Of a stretch of 64,000 nt of DNA, positions 39,558-49,678 are shown one piece after another. Under the pieces are notes generated by a model. The model was not told the DNA's origin and searched no databases. It saw only the letters and a program-made list of their open reading frames with translations. The stretch comes from an uncultured delta proteobacterium. GTDB lineage: Bacteria > Desulfobacterota > Binatia > UBA9968. The position numbers and the translations under genes are program-made. The DNA is taken from positions 224,001 to 288,000 of the forward strand of contig CAWFJP010000001.1 in NCBI GenBank assembly GCA_963816145.1. Direction: 5' to 3'. Each line of letters begins with the position of its first letter. Position 1 is the first letter of the stretch.

Positions 39558-41591
39558 ATGCTCACACGCTTAGTCGTTCAACGCAAAGAAGCTTTCGCGG
39601 GCGGCCATGAGTTTGCCATCACCGGTGCGTACGAGAAGTTAACCGGCATGATCTACGGCGAAGTCGATCCGAACCATCGGCGGAACCGAATCATCATCAA
39701 CCTCAACAAAGCGCCGCGCAACCGGCGCGGCCGGGTCGAATATTCCGGCAATTTTTGCATCTTGAAACCGGTTGATATGGCGCGGGGCAATGGGAAAATG
39801 TTTTACGATGCGCCCAACCGCGGCAGCAAGCGCATCCTGGGCTTCTTGAACGACGGGCCGGAAGCGAACGATCCGACGACGTTGGAACATGCCGGCAACG
39901 GTTTTCTGATGCGTCAGGGCTACACGATTGTCTGGTGCGGCTGGCAGGGCGATTTGATGCCGCTCAAGAACTGGCTCGTGCTCAACGTCCCCGTCGCCAG
40001 CAACAAAGACAAACCGATTGTCGCCAAAGTGCGCACCGAGTTCGTTGTCGACGAGAAAGGCGTCAAATCGCAGCCGCTCAGCGGCGACGAGCGCGTCAAG
40101 AGCTATCAAGCCGCGTCCCTCGACAAATCCCAAGCCACGCTCACCGTCCGCGAAAAATCCTACGGCAAACGAATACCCGTGCCGGCGAGCGACTGGGAGT
40201 TTGCCGCCAGCATGAAAAACCCGCGCAGCGTCAAAGAGATCGTCAAAACGAGCGACACCAATCTCTACCTGCGCGCCGGTTTCAAACCGGGATATATCTA
40301 CGAGTTCATTTATCCGGCGAAGAATCCGCTCGTCTTGGGCCTAGGCTTCGCCGTCGTGCGCGACTTGGTTTCCTTCTTGCGTTTCGAGTCGAAAAACCGA
40401 GCCGGCAAACCAAACCCTCTGCAATCCAAAGTCTCGACTCGCTCTTTTACACTCTCCCCCCGTGACGGGGGGAGACAAAGAGGGGGGATCACTCACGCCT
40501 ACGCCTGGGGGCGCTCCCAGAGCGGCCGCTACCTGCGCGATTTCATTTACCAAGGTTTCAACGAAGACGAAGCCGGGCGCAAAGTCTTCGACGCCATCGC
40601 GCCCCATGTCGCCGGCGGCGGCCGGCTGTACTTGAACTATGAATTCGCCCGCCCGGTCACCTCATCGCAGCAACACACCAACCAGCTCGATCCTGAATTG
40701 TTCCCGCACGCCTATAACATCATCAAAGACGCGCAAACTGGCCGGGTCGACGGAATATTAAAACACCGCAAAACCGATCCGCTGATTTTTCACACGCAGA
40801 CTTCCACTGAATACTGGCAAAAGCGCGGATGCCTCGCCCACACCGACGGCAAAGGCAACGATCTAAAGCTTCCGGACAACGTGCGCCTCTACGTTATCGC
40901 CAGCGCCCAACACAACAGCCCCTTCGGCTCCGAACCAGCGAAAGACGATAGCCAATTTCTCGTCAATCCGCTGCCGGCGGGCGACGTTCTGCGCGCCCTG
41001 ATGGTCGCCATGGATGCGTGGGTGACGAAAGCCATTCCGCCGCCGCCAAGCCATTATCCAAGCGTCAAGGATCGCACCCTGGTGCCGCCGACACGCAACG
41101 GTTTTCCGAAGATACCCGGCGTAAACTTCACCGGCCTGCATAACCGGCAACTGTTTCTCGACTACGGCAGACGCATTCTGCGCGGCAAGATGGAGACGCA
41201 CCCACCGCGACCGCTTGGCAAGGCGTATGAAATCCTCGTCCCCAAGACCGACGCCGATGGCAACGACATCCCCGGCATCCGCCTTCCCGCCATCGAAGTG
41301 GCTGTCGGCACTTACACTGGCTGGAACTTGCGGCCACGCGGCCTGGCGGAAGGCGAACTGTCCGGCTTGCTCGGCTCGTTCATTCCATTCGCCAAGACCA
41401 AAGTGCAACGGAAAAAGACCGGCGATCCGCGCCGGTCCCTGGAAGAACGCTATCGGAATAGAGCCGATTACGTTGAGCGCATCAGCCGCGCCGCAAGAAT
41501 GCTAGTCGAACAGAGATATTTATTGTCGGAAGACGCAGAGAGAATTATCGCCGAGGCAGGGAAGGCACGAATTTTTGCGAGGAAAAGGTAA
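39558..41591 (+). CDS. Alpha/beta hydrolase domain protein (uncharacterised family)
   Basis: GRSQSG nucleophile elbow, GYTIVWCGWQGD, DADGNDIPGI.LP, GDPRRSLEERY. Confidence 0.75.
   Translation: MLTRLVVQRKEAFAGGHEFAITGAYEKLTGMIYGEVDPNHRRNRIIINLNKAPRNRRGRVEYSGNFCILKPVDMARGNGKMFYDAPNRGSKRILGFLNDGPEANDPTTLEHAGNGFLMRQGYTIVWCGWQGDLMPLKNWLVLNVPVASNKDKPIVAKVRTEFVVDEKGVKSQPLSGDERVKSYQAASLDKSQATLTVREKSYGKRIPVPASDWEFAASMKNPRSVKEIVKTSDTNLYLRAGFKPGYIYEFIYPAKNPLVLGLGFAVVRDLVSFLRFESKNRAGKPNPLQSKVSTRSFTLSPRDGGRQRGGITHAYAWGRSQSGRYLRDFIYQGFNEDEAGRKVFDAIAPHVAGGGRLYLNYEFARPVTSSQQHTNQLDPELFPHAYNIIKDAQTGRVDGILKHRKTDPLIFHTQTSTEYWQKRGCLAHTDGKGNDLKLPDNVRLYVIASAQHNSPFGSEPAKDDSQFLVNPLPAGDVLRALMVAMDAWVTKAIPPPPSHYPSVKDRTLVPPTRNGFPKIPGVNFTGLHNRQLFLDYGRRILRGKMETHPPRPLGKAYEILVPKTDADGNDIPGIRLPAIEVAVGTYTGWNLRPRGLAEGELSGLLGSFIPFAKTKVQRKKTGDPRRSLEERYRNRADYVERISRAARMLVEQRYLLSEDAERIIAEAGKARIFARKR
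40453..40487. repeat. Palindromic element inside the hydrolase CDS
   Basis: TCTCCCCCCG-TGA-CGGGGGGAGA perfect stem followed by caaAGAGGGGGG; translates in frame as LSPRDGGRQRGG. Confidence 0.65.
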
Positions 41592-41696
41592 TGGGATCAA
41601 CTAAGCAATTTGCCATTCCCGATCGTCCTTTCTATAATTAAGCCGCGTCAACCGGTTTCTAGAGTTGGTCTGCATGCAAAGAAAAGGACAGGTACC

Positions 41697-41900
41697 ATGA
41701 GCGTAACTGATCAGACGATACGCCAAAAAGTCCACGCTTTGGCCGAAGATCTTTCGCCAGATGCATCCTGGGATGACGTAATAGAGGAGGCACGTTTTCG
41801 TAGGGCAGTCGAGCAGGGAATTGCCGCAGCCGATCGCGGTGCTTTTGCCACGGACGACGAAATCCGCGAAGCATTTGCCCGTTGGGTCGTGAAAAGTTGA
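41697..41900 (+). CDS. Type II antitoxin (small, acidic)
   Basis: MSVTDQ...SWDDVIE..VEQGIAAADRG..DEIREAF; TGA stop overlaps the toxin TTG start. Confidence 0.75.
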   Translation: MSVTDQTIRQKVHALAEDLSPDASWDDVIEEARFRRAVEQGIAAADRGAFATDDEIREAFARWVVKS

Positions 41901-42178
41901 AACTCCGTTGGACACGCCCTGCGCTTGCCGACTTAATCGAAGCACAAAACTATATCGCCCGAGAAAATCCGGTAGCAGCTCAAGCTTTGGCACAGCGCGT
42001 CTGGGATGCAGCGCAGAACCTCTGCGAACATCCCCGGATGGGTCGACCCGGTCATGTGGATGGCACACGGGAGTGGATAGTTAAAGACTCTCCCTATCTG
42101 ATCGTTTGCCGCGTTAGAGACGAAGACGTGGAAATCCTCCGCATGTGGCACGGTCGGCAGAACTGGCAGGTCCGGTGA
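41897..42178 (+). CDS. RelE/ParE family toxin
   Basis: LRWTRPALADL..YIARENPVAA..HPRMGRPG..GTRE..PYLI..VEILRMWHGRQ. Confidence 0.85.
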   Translation: MKLRWTRPALADLIEAQNYIARENPVAAQALAQRVWDAAQNLCEHPRMGRPGHVDGTREWIVKDSPYLIVCRVRDEDVEILRMWHGRQNWQVR

Positions 42179-42227
42179 TCCTGAACACATTTCCGATCGG
42201 ATTCGAGTGTATGGCCCCACGCACGGG

Positions 42228-42258
42228 TTCTGAATTCTCAATTGGCAATTCTCCATTG
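42228..42258. repeat. 7-nt period repeat (TTCTCAA family)
   Basis: ttctgaa ttctcaa ttggcaa ttctcca ttg directly after an SBP stop. Confidence 0.65.
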
Positions 42259-42259
42259 T

Positions 42260-43270
42260 TCATTTCGGCTCATACAACTTCTTGATAAACCCGCTCTTAT
42301 CCAGCTCCGCAATAAAGCTCGCATCGACAAACTCTTCCGGTTTGTGACTCCGAATTTCAGGGCGGGTTTGGGCGACGTAGTCGTAGGTCGGCTCCAGCCC
42401 CTTGGTGATCGGATACGGCGCGGCGATAAAATCCTGCTTGAAAATATTGTACGACCCTTCGAGAAATTCCGGATCGGTGGTGCGGACGTACTTGGTCAGA
42501 ACTTTGAGAGCGAATTCCTTGTTTTGCTTGTGGAATGCGATTCCTTCAACGTGCGACCGCACGAAGCGCATGACCGTGTCTCGGTCTTCCCGAATGTTCT
42601 TTCGAGTCGTCACCACGGATGTCGTCGGAAAAACTATTTCTTTTCTCGCATCGATCAAGACGCGGTAGCCTCTGCGCTCGGCTTGAATGTCGGCGGGATA
42701 CGCCACGTCGGCGCCGTCGACGACTCCCGTCATCAAAGCCTGCAGCCGTTCGGCGTTGGTGCCAATCGAGATCCAGGCGATTTCGCGGTCGGGGTTGAGG
42801 CCATATTTGCGCAGCGCGTAGCGAAACAGAAAATCTCCCAGTGATCCAATACTCGAGGTAGCGACTCTTTTGCCGCGCAATTCTTCCGGTCGCCGGATCT
42901 CCGGTCTGACCAGCAATTTGCTGGATGCCGACGCTATCGTGTGAGCCACATTGACCATATCGGCGCCGTTCAAGTTGGCCAGCATCAACTGCGGCAATGC
43001 CACCGGCGCGGCAAAGAGGCTTCCACTCAGGAGCGCCTGCGAACTCTGCCCCGAGCCGCGGAGCAGGACGATTTCCACATCGAGCCCGTTTTTCTGATAA
43101 ATCTTCGCTTCTTTAGCGAGCCAAGGAATCCACATGGCGGCGGACAACGCCGTCATGCCCCAATTGATCTTCTTGAGCGGCTTCTCCTGAGCGCGACCCT
43201 GTGTTTGCAAGACAACAAAGGAAACAAAAACCGCGATGATGAACCTACAATATTTCAGTTTCAGCGTCAT
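42260..43270 (-). CDS. NitT/TauT-type solute-binding protein
   Basis: Signal peptide; IPWLAKEAKIY, LRGSGQ, ELDKSGFIKKLY. Confidence 0.85.
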   Translation of the reverse strand: MTLKLKYCRFIIAVFVSFVVLQTQGRAQEKPLKKINWGMTALSAAMWIPWLAKEAKIYQKNGLDVEIVLLRGSGQSSQALLSGSLFAAPVALPQLMLANLNGADMVNVAHTIASASSKLLVRPEIRRPEELRGKRVATSSIGSLGDFLFRYALRKYGLNPDREIAWISIGTNAERLQALMTGVVDGADVAYPADIQAERRGYRVLIDARKEIVFPTTSVVTTRKNIREDRDTVMRFVRSHVEGIAFHKQNKEFALKVLTKYVRTTDPEFLEGSYNIFKQDFIAAPYPITKGLEPTYDYVAQTRPEIRSHKPEEFVDASFIAELDKSGFIKKLYEPK

Positions 43271-43300
43271 AATTATCCATTCTCAATTATCCATTATTCA
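43271..43300. repeat. 7-nt period repeat (TTCTCAA family)
   Basis: aattatcca ttctcaa ttatcca ttattca fills the whole intergenic gap. Confidence 0.65.
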
Positions 43301-44303
43301 TTTCTGCTCGTAGAGCTTCTTGATAAACCCGCTCTTCTCCATCTCTGCGATGAAACTCGCGTCGACGAACTCTTCGGGTTTGCGGTTGCGCACCTCCGGG
43401 CGGGTTTGGGCGATAAAATCGTAGGTCGCCTCGAGCCCCTTGGTGATCGGATAAGGCACCGAGATAAAATCCTGCTTGTAGGTCTCGTAAGAATTCTCCA
43501 GCATCTCACGGTCGGCGATTTTGAGCGCCTTGCCCAGACACGCGCATGCTGAATTCCTTGTTCTGCTTGAAAAAAGCGATCCCTTCGACGTGAGAGCGGA
43601 CCATTCTCGCGACCGTATCGCGGTCCTCGACAATGGTTCTGCGCCGGGTCACCACCGACATGGACGGATAGGAGACTTCCTTGCGTAGGTCGAGCAGGAT
43701 GCGATAGCCCTTTTTCTCGCCCTGTAGATCGATCGGGTAGGAAGCCTCGGCGGCGTCCACCGTGCCGGCCAGAAGACCTTGGAGCCGCTCGGTCGGCGTG
43801 CCCATCATGAACCAGGTAATATCGCGGTTGGGATCGAGACCGTATTTGCGAAACGTATGCTTGAGTAGAAAATCGCTCAGCGAACCCAAGCTGGTAATAC
43901 CGACGCGTTTGCCTTTGAGATCTTCCACCCGCTTGATATCGGGCCGGACCAATAGCTTGGTGGCGACCGCGGCGACGGTGTGGGCGACGTTGACAAAATC
44001 GGCGCCGCTCAGATCCGCCATGATCATCGTCGTCAGGGTCACCGGCGAGGCGAAGATGCTGCCGCCAAGTATCGCCGCCGAAGTTTGTCCCGAGCCGCGC
44101 AGCAAAATCAGCTGAACATCGAGGCCGTGCTTGTCGTAAATCTTCGCCTCCTTGGCGATCCACGGAATCCAATTGCCCGCCGACAGCGAAGTAACGCCCC
44201 AATTGATTTTCTTGAGCGGTCTATCTTGGCTGAAAGCCTCGAGGGAAAGAAGGCTAAAAATGACGAACGAGGCTAAAATCAGTTTGTGCGCAATCGGTTT
44301 CAT
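43298..44303 (-). CDS. NitT/TauT-type solute-binding protein with +1 frameshift at about 43538
   Basis: ORFs 43506..44327 and 43298..43633 join as FSMRV-LGKALK when one T is removed, matching paralogs (FSLKVLSKYL). Confidence 0.8.
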
Positions 44304-44314
44304 GATGATTTCCT

Positions 44315-44342
44315 CCTCGCGCCTCAAGCCTCGTGCCTCTTC
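44315..44342. repeat. 7-nt period repeat (CCTCRNG family)
   Basis: cctcgcg cctcaag cctcgtg cctcttc. Confidence 0.6.
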
Positions 44343-45346
44343 TACTTCTGATCGTAAAGCTTTTTAATGAAGTCGCTTTTCTCTAGTTCGGCGACGAGGC
44401 TCGGGTCCATGAACTCTTCGGGCTTATGATTGCGGACCTCCGGTCTGCGGCTAGCGACGTAGTCGTAGGTTGCCTCCAGGCCCTTCATGATCGGATACGG
44501 CGTGCTGATGAAATCTTCTTTGAATATCTCGTAGGAGCCTTCGAGTAATTCGCGGTCGTTGGTGCGCAAATATTTGCTCAATACCTTAAGGCTGAAATCC
44601 TTGTGGCTTTTGAAATACGCGATGCTCTCGACATGGGCTTTCAGCAACCGCATCACGGTGTCGCGATCGTCCTGGATATTTTTCCGCCGCGTCACCACAG
44701 ACATCGAAGGATAAACGACTTCCTTTCTGGCGTCCCATAGAACCCGATAGCCCATGCGCAGCGCCTGCACATCAGTTGGATAGGAGAGATCCGCGGCGTC
44801 CACGTTACCCGACGCGAGCGCCTGAAGCCTTTCCGGCGGAGTCCCAATTGACAACCAAGTCACGTCCCGGTTCGGGTCCATGCCATATTTCCGAATGATG
44901 TATCGGAAGAGAAAATCGCCCAAGGAGCCCAAGCTAGACGTCGCGATTCTTTTGCCTTTGATGTCTTCCGGTTTTTTGATCTCCTGTTTCACCAGCAATT
45001 TGCTTTGAACGCCAGGCACCGTATGAGCGATGTTGATCAAATCGGCGCCACTGAGATCGGCGAGCATCACAGTGGGCAGCGCCACCGGGGCCGCGAAAAG
45101 GCTTCCGCCGAGGATCGCCGTGGAAGTCTGACCCGAACCTTTGACCAGAATTAACTCGACATCGAGCCCGTACTTTTCATAGATCTTCGCTTCTTTGGCG
45201 ACCCACGGAATCCAATTGGACGCCGACAACGAAGTCACACCCCAGCTGATTTTTTTCAAAGGTTTGTCTTGCGCGAATCCATTGGAGTGGGTCGACTCAG
45301 AGAGCAGTAAGAATGCAACAACCAAAAAACGAGGAAATAATCTCAT
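44342..45346 (-). CDS. NitT/TauT-type solute-binding protein
   Basis: Paralog of its neighbours; ELEKSDFIKKLY. Confidence 0.85.
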   Translation of the reverse strand: MRLFPRFLVVAFLLLSESTHSNGFAQDKPLKKISWGVTSLSASNWIPWVAKEAKIYEKYGLDVELILVKGSGQTSTAILGGSLFAAPVALPTVMLADLSGADLINIAHTVPGVQSKLLVKQEIKKPEDIKGKRIATSSLGSLGDFLFRYIIRKYGMDPNRDVTWLSIGTPPERLQALASGNVDAADLSYPTDVQALRMGYRVLWDARKEVVYPSMSVVTRRKNIQDDRDTVMRLLKAHVESIAYFKSHKDFSLKVLSKYLRTNDRELLEGSYEIFKEDFISTPYPIMKGLEATYDYVASRRPEVRNHKPEEFMDPSLVAELEKSDFIKKLYDQK

Positions 45347-45405
45347 AACTATTCCCCTCCGTCGGTCTTTCTAACGCCGGTCGCCTATTGCCTGATGTTC
45401 TCGTG

Positions 45406-46404
45406 TCACTTTTGGCCGTAAAGCTTCTTGATGAAGCCGCTCTTGTCCAACTCGGCGATGAAGCTTGGGTCGGCGAACTCTTCCGGTTTGTGATTGTTAA
45501 TTTCCGGCCGGCGCTGGGCCACTTGCTCATAAGCGAGCTTAAGACCGGTCACGATAGGGTAAGGGGTTGGGATAAAGTCTTTGCTGTAAATATCGTAGGA
45601 ACCCTCTAGAAGCTCCCGGTCATCGGTGCGCAAATACTTAGACAAGATTTTCAGGCTGGCCTCTTTCTGAGTTCTCAAAAAATGAATGCCTTCGACATGC
45701 GAGCGTACCATGCGCATGACCGCGTCGCGGTCCTCTTGAATGGTCTTTTTACGCGTGACCACCGACATGGACGGATAGGGGACTTCCACTCTGGCGTCCC
45801 ACAAGACGCGAAATCCCATTCGCTCACCGCGGGCGTCGGACGGATAGGAAAGGTCCGCGGCATCGACCACGCCGTTGACGAGCGCCTGGAGCCGTTCCGG
45901 TGGCGAACCGACGGTGATCCAGATCACGTCTTTGTCTGGGTTGAGACCATATTTGCGCATGGTCACGCGATACATGAAATCGCCCAGGGAACCCAGACCG
46001 GAACTGGCGACCTTCTTGCCCTTGAGATCCTCGGGTCTACGAATCTCCGGCTTCACCAGCATCTTACCCTGTACGGCGGCGACAGTATGGGCCACCGTGG
46101 TCAGATCAGCCCCGCTCAAATTGGCCGTCATCAGCGTCGCCGTGGTCACCGGCGAGGCGAAGATGCTGCCGCCGATCATCGCTTGCGAAGTCTGCCCCGA
46201 GCCACGCAGCAAGATAATCTCCATGTCCAAGCCGTTTTTTTCGTAAATCTTCATGTCCTTGGCGATCCAAGGAATCCACTGCGACGCACCAATGGAAGTC
46301 TGCCCCCAGCGCACTTTTTTGAGACCTTGCGCCGGCAAGTTCAAAGCGGCGGTTAGGCTAAATATCATTACCAAGGTAAACAGTCGGAAGAATTTGCTGC
46401 ACAT
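45406..46404 (-). CDS. NitT/TauT-type solute-binding protein
   Basis: Paralog; ELDKSGFIKKLY; GGAG RBS before the ATG at 46404. Confidence 0.85.
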   Translation of the reverse strand: MCSKFFRLFTLVMIFSLTAALNLPAQGLKKVRWGQTSIGASQWIPWIAKDMKIYEKNGLDMEIILLRGSGQTSQAMIGGSIFASPVTTATLMTANLSGADLTTVAHTVAAVQGKMLVKPEIRRPEDLKGKKVASSGLGSLGDFMYRVTMRKYGLNPDKDVIWITVGSPPERLQALVNGVVDAADLSYPSDARGERMGFRVLWDARVEVPYPSMSVVTRKKTIQEDRDAVMRMVRSHVEGIHFLRTQKEASLKILSKYLRTDDRELLEGSYDIYSKDFIPTPYPIVTGLKLAYEQVAQRRPEINNHKPEEFADPSFIAELDKSGFIKKLYGQK

Positions 46405-46454
46405 GATTTTGTCTCTCCAAATCTTTCTATGGCCTGTCGCGTCGAGTCGCACGT

Positions 46455-47450
46455 CTATTTTCGAATAGCGAACGGCTTGGCAAATCCGCTGTCTTCGATC
46501 TTTTTCAAAATGCTCATGTCGTAGAAATCCTCGGGATTTGCCGTCGCCGCTTTGGGCTGGCTCGCCGCCAAGAACTGCAACACCGACTTTACGCCGGCAA
46601 CACTGGCATAGGGCATCACAGGCATAAGATCGAGATAATATTCATAGCCTTCCTCTGCCCGTGATCGATCGCTCATCTTCATGAACTTCATGATGCCCGC
46701 GATGGTCTTCTCTTTCTGGGTGCGAAAAAAATGCAGCGACTCGACGTATCCTTTGAGAAAGTTTTCGACCAGCTGCGGGTGGCTCTTAATGTAGCCAACC
46801 ATGCCGGCGATGGCGGATCCGGCGTATTCGATATCCGTTTTGCGCATATCGATGAGCTCACGGAAACCGAGCTGTCGAGCAATGCCGCTAAACGGCGGTG
46901 TCAAGGCAGTAGCCACAACGGAGCCGCGCTGCAAGGCATTCAGACGCCCCTGTTGGCTATCGCCGACGGAAATGAAGATGACATCTTTGCCTGGCTCCAA
47001 GCCCCACTTGCGCAACATCAATCGCAAGGCGCTGTCAGCGGACGCGCCCGGCCGCGTCCCGGTGACGATCTTGCCTTTCAATTCTTGCGGACTCTTGATT
47101 TCCGGCGCGCTAAGAATGCTGTATTCGAGCTTGTTGGACTGTACGGTAAGCATGGTTATGTCCACCCCGCCCAGATGTGCGCTGATCGTCGCCGTTGAAC
47201 CGGCGGAAAGAAACTGCACGGAATTCGAAGTCACCGCCGCCAGAGAGTTCATGCCGCCGCCCATGTAGATCGGTTCGAGATCGACGCCGTATTTGGCAAA
47301 TAACCCGTATTGAGTGCCGACGGGAATCACCGAGGTGTTGACGGATATCGATCCCAACGCCACGCGAACCTTCTCACGCGTCTGCGCCGCACCGATTTGC
47401 GGCAAAATCACCAAACCGAGAATCAAAACCAACCTAAGCTTCTTCGCCAT
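46455..47450 (-). CDS. NitT/TauT-type solute-binding protein (divergent member)
   Basis: FAKYGVDLE, LKGKIVTGTRPG, DMSILKKIEDSGF; start 47450 or 47462. Confidence 0.82.
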   Translation of the reverse strand: MAKKLRLVLILGLVILPQIGAAQTREKVRVALGSISVNTSVIPVGTQYGLFAKYGVDLEPIYMGGGMNSLAAVTSNSVQFLSAGSTATISAHLGGVDITMLTVQSNKLEYSILSAPEIKSPQELKGKIVTGTRPGASADSALRLMLRKWGLEPGKDVIFISVGDSQQGRLNALQRGSVVATALTPPFSGIARQLGFRELIDMRKTDIEYAGSAIAGMVGYIKSHPQLVENFLKGYVESLHFFRTQKEKTIAGIMKFMKMSDRSRAEEGYEYYLDLMPVMPYASVAGVKSVLQFLAASQPKAATANPEDFYDMSILKKIEDSGFAKPFAIRK

Positions 47451-47462
47451 TTTCCTACTCAT

Positions 47463-47517
47463 GCCTCGCACCTCACGCCTTCCTAACTATTGCCTATTGC
47501 CTTATGCCTATTGCCTA
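47463..47517. repeat. Two abutting 7-nt repeat tracts (CCTCRCR and TGCCTAT units)
   Basis: gcctcgcacctcacgcct, then tgcctat tgcctta tgcctat tgcctaa, which includes the acs stop codon. Confidence 0.7.
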
Positions 47518-49473
47518 ATCTTCCTCGTACTGCTCTTTCAACCGCGCCACCACCGTCGGATCGGCCAGCGTCGTGGTATCCCCCAGCGCGCGCCCATCGG
47601 CGATATCGCGCAACAAACGGCGCATGATCTTGCCGCTGCGGGTCTTCGGCAACTCGGCGGCGAAGAGAATTTCGTCGGGCCGGGCGATGGCGCCGATCTT
47701 CTTGGCCACATGAGCTTTGAGTTCGTCCATCAAGGCATTGCTGCCATCGACCCCAACTTTGAGTGAAACGAAGGCACAGATCCCCTGCCCTTTGATCTCA
47801 TGCTCCTTACCGATGACCGCCGCCTCGGCGACATTTTGGTGATCGACCAGCGCGCTCTCGACTTCCATGGTGCTGATGCGATGGCCGGCGACGTTCATCA
47901 CGTCGTCGACCCGGCCGAGCAGCCAGTAGTAGCCGTCCTTGTCGCGCTTGCAGCCATCGCCGGCGAAATATTTTCCGGGAAAGCGGCTCCAGTACGTCTG
48001 CACGAAACGGTCGGGATCGCCGAAGATCGTCCGCATCATTGCCGGCCAAGGTTTGGTCAGGACTAAATAACCGCCGCCGCCCTTGGGCACCGATTTGCCG
48101 TTCTCGTCGACCACGTCGGCTTCGATGCCCGGCAACGGCATGGTCGCCGAGCCGGGTTTCAGTTTGGTTAGGCCCGGCAGAGGCGAGATCAGCGGATGGC
48201 CAGTCTCGGTCTGCCACCAGGTGTCCAGCACCGGACAGCGCCCGCCGCCGATAAACTTGTGGTACCACATCCAAGCTTCCGGATTGATCGGCTCGCCGAC
48301 CGAGCCGAGCAGCCGCAGGGATTTCAGATTATGCTTGGCGGGAAATTCCGTGCCCCAGCGCATGAAGGTGCGGATCGCCGTCGGCGCCGTGTGAAAGATC
48401 GTCACACCGTATTTGGCGATGATCTTCCACAGCCGGTCTTTGTCCGGCCAATCCGGCGTGCCTTCGTACATCACCTGGGTCACGCCGTTGGCCATGGGTC
48501 CGTAAACTATGTGGGTGTGGCCGGTGACCCAGCCGATATCGGCGGCGCACCAGAAGACATCGTCTTCCTTCATGTCGAAGACCCATTTATTGACCAGATG
48601 CACGCCGGTGAGATAGCCGCCGGTGGTATGCACGATGCCTTTGGGTTTGCCAGTGGTGCCGCTGGTGTAGAGAATGAACAACATGTCCTCGCTGTCCATC
48701 TTTTCCGGCTCGCACCACAGCGGCGCATCGGCCATCGCTTCGTGCCACCAAAGATCGCGCCCGTCTTTCATATGCGCGCCCGCTTCGGCGCCGACCCGTT
48801 GCACCACCACGCAATGGCTAATCGACGGCGTATCGGTCATCGCCTCGTCGGCGTTCTTCTTTAACGGCACGATGGTCCCGCGCCGGTAACCGCCGTCGGC
48901 GGTGACGAGTATTTTCGCCTGGGCATCGTTGATCCGGTCGCGCAGCGCCTCGGCGCTGAAACCGCCGAAGACCACGCTGTGCGGCGCGCCGATGCGATTG
49001 CAGGCGTGCATGGCGATCAACAGCTCCGGCACCATGCCCATATAAAGGCAGACCCGGTCGCCTTTTTTGACGCCGAGTTTTTTCAGCACGTTGGCAAACT
49101 TGTTGACCTCGCGCCAAACGTCGCGGTAGGTCAGCACCCGCTCGTCGCCTGGCTCCCCTTCCCAGATAATCGCCGCTTTGTTTTTGCGCCCGGAGAGCAC
49201 ATGCCGATCGAGGCAATTGTACGACGCGTTAAGTTTGCCGCCGATAAACCACTTGGCCCATGGCAATTTCCACTCGTGAACCTTCTTCCAAGGCTTGAAC
49301 CAGTGCAGCTCTTTGGCCGCTTTTGCCCAGAACGCCTCGGGATTTTTCCGCGCTTGGTTGAAGACAGCGGCGCTTTTCAGATTGGCGGATTTTTTGAACT
49401 CTTTGGGAGGCGGGAAATTTCTCTTTTCGTCGAGTAAGACTTCAATCGCTTTGTCGGTGGCCTTGTCTGCCAT
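47515..49473 (-). CDS. acs: Acetyl-CoA synthetase (AMP-forming)
   Basis: [44 protein letters not shown]. Confidence 0.96.
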   Translation of the reverse strand: MADKATDKAIEVLLDEKRNFPPPKEFKKSANLKSAAVFNQARKNPEAFWAKAAKELHWFKPWKKVHEWKLPWAKWFIGGKLNASYNCLDRHVLSGRKNKAAIIWEGEPGDERVLTYRDVWREVNKFANVLKKLGVKKGDRVCLYMGMVPELLIAMHACNRIGAPHSVVFGGFSAEALRDRINDAQAKILVTADGGYRRGTIVPLKKNADEAMTDTPSISHCVVVQRVGAEAGAHMKDGRDLWWHEAMADAPLWCEPEKMDSEDMLFILYTSGTTGKPKGIVHTTGGYLTGVHLVNKWVFDMKEDDVFWCAADIGWVTGHTHIVYGPMANGVTQVMYEGTPDWPDKDRLWKIIAKYGVTIFHTAPTAIRTFMRWGTEFPAKHNLKSLRLLGSVGEPINPEAWMWYHKFIGGGRCPVLDTWWQTETGHPLISPLPGLTKLKPGSATMPLPGIEADVVDENGKSVPKGGGGYLVLTKPWPAMMRTIFGDPDRFVQTYWSRFPGKYFAGDGCKRDKDGYYWLLGRVDDVMNVAGHRISTMEVESALVDHQNVAEAAVIGKEHEIKGQGICAFVSLKVGVDGSNALMDELKAHVAKKIGAIARPDEILFAAELPKTRSGKIMRRLLRDIADGRALGDTTTLADPTVVARLKEQYEED

Positions 49474-49559
49474 GGTGTGATCCCTCCATTGGAATATTCG
49501 CAAGGCGATAAATTGCGTGGATTCTATGTGAGCCCCAAGTTCTTGGCAAGAGGATAGTC

Positions 49560-49608
49560 GTTACGAGTTTCGGGTTGAACTCGAAACACGGAACTCGTAA
49601 TCCGCAAT
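49560..49608. repeat. 7-nt period palindromic repeat (AACTCG family)
   Basis: gttacgagtttcgggtt g aactcga aacacgg aactcgt aatccgc in the divergent acs/SDR intergenic region. Confidence 0.65.
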
Positions 49609-49678
49609 GCCCTTACTGCCCTTGACGCTGCTTCCAGGGTTGGGATAGGTCTCAAGAGATCAAGTAGAAGGAGTCCCC

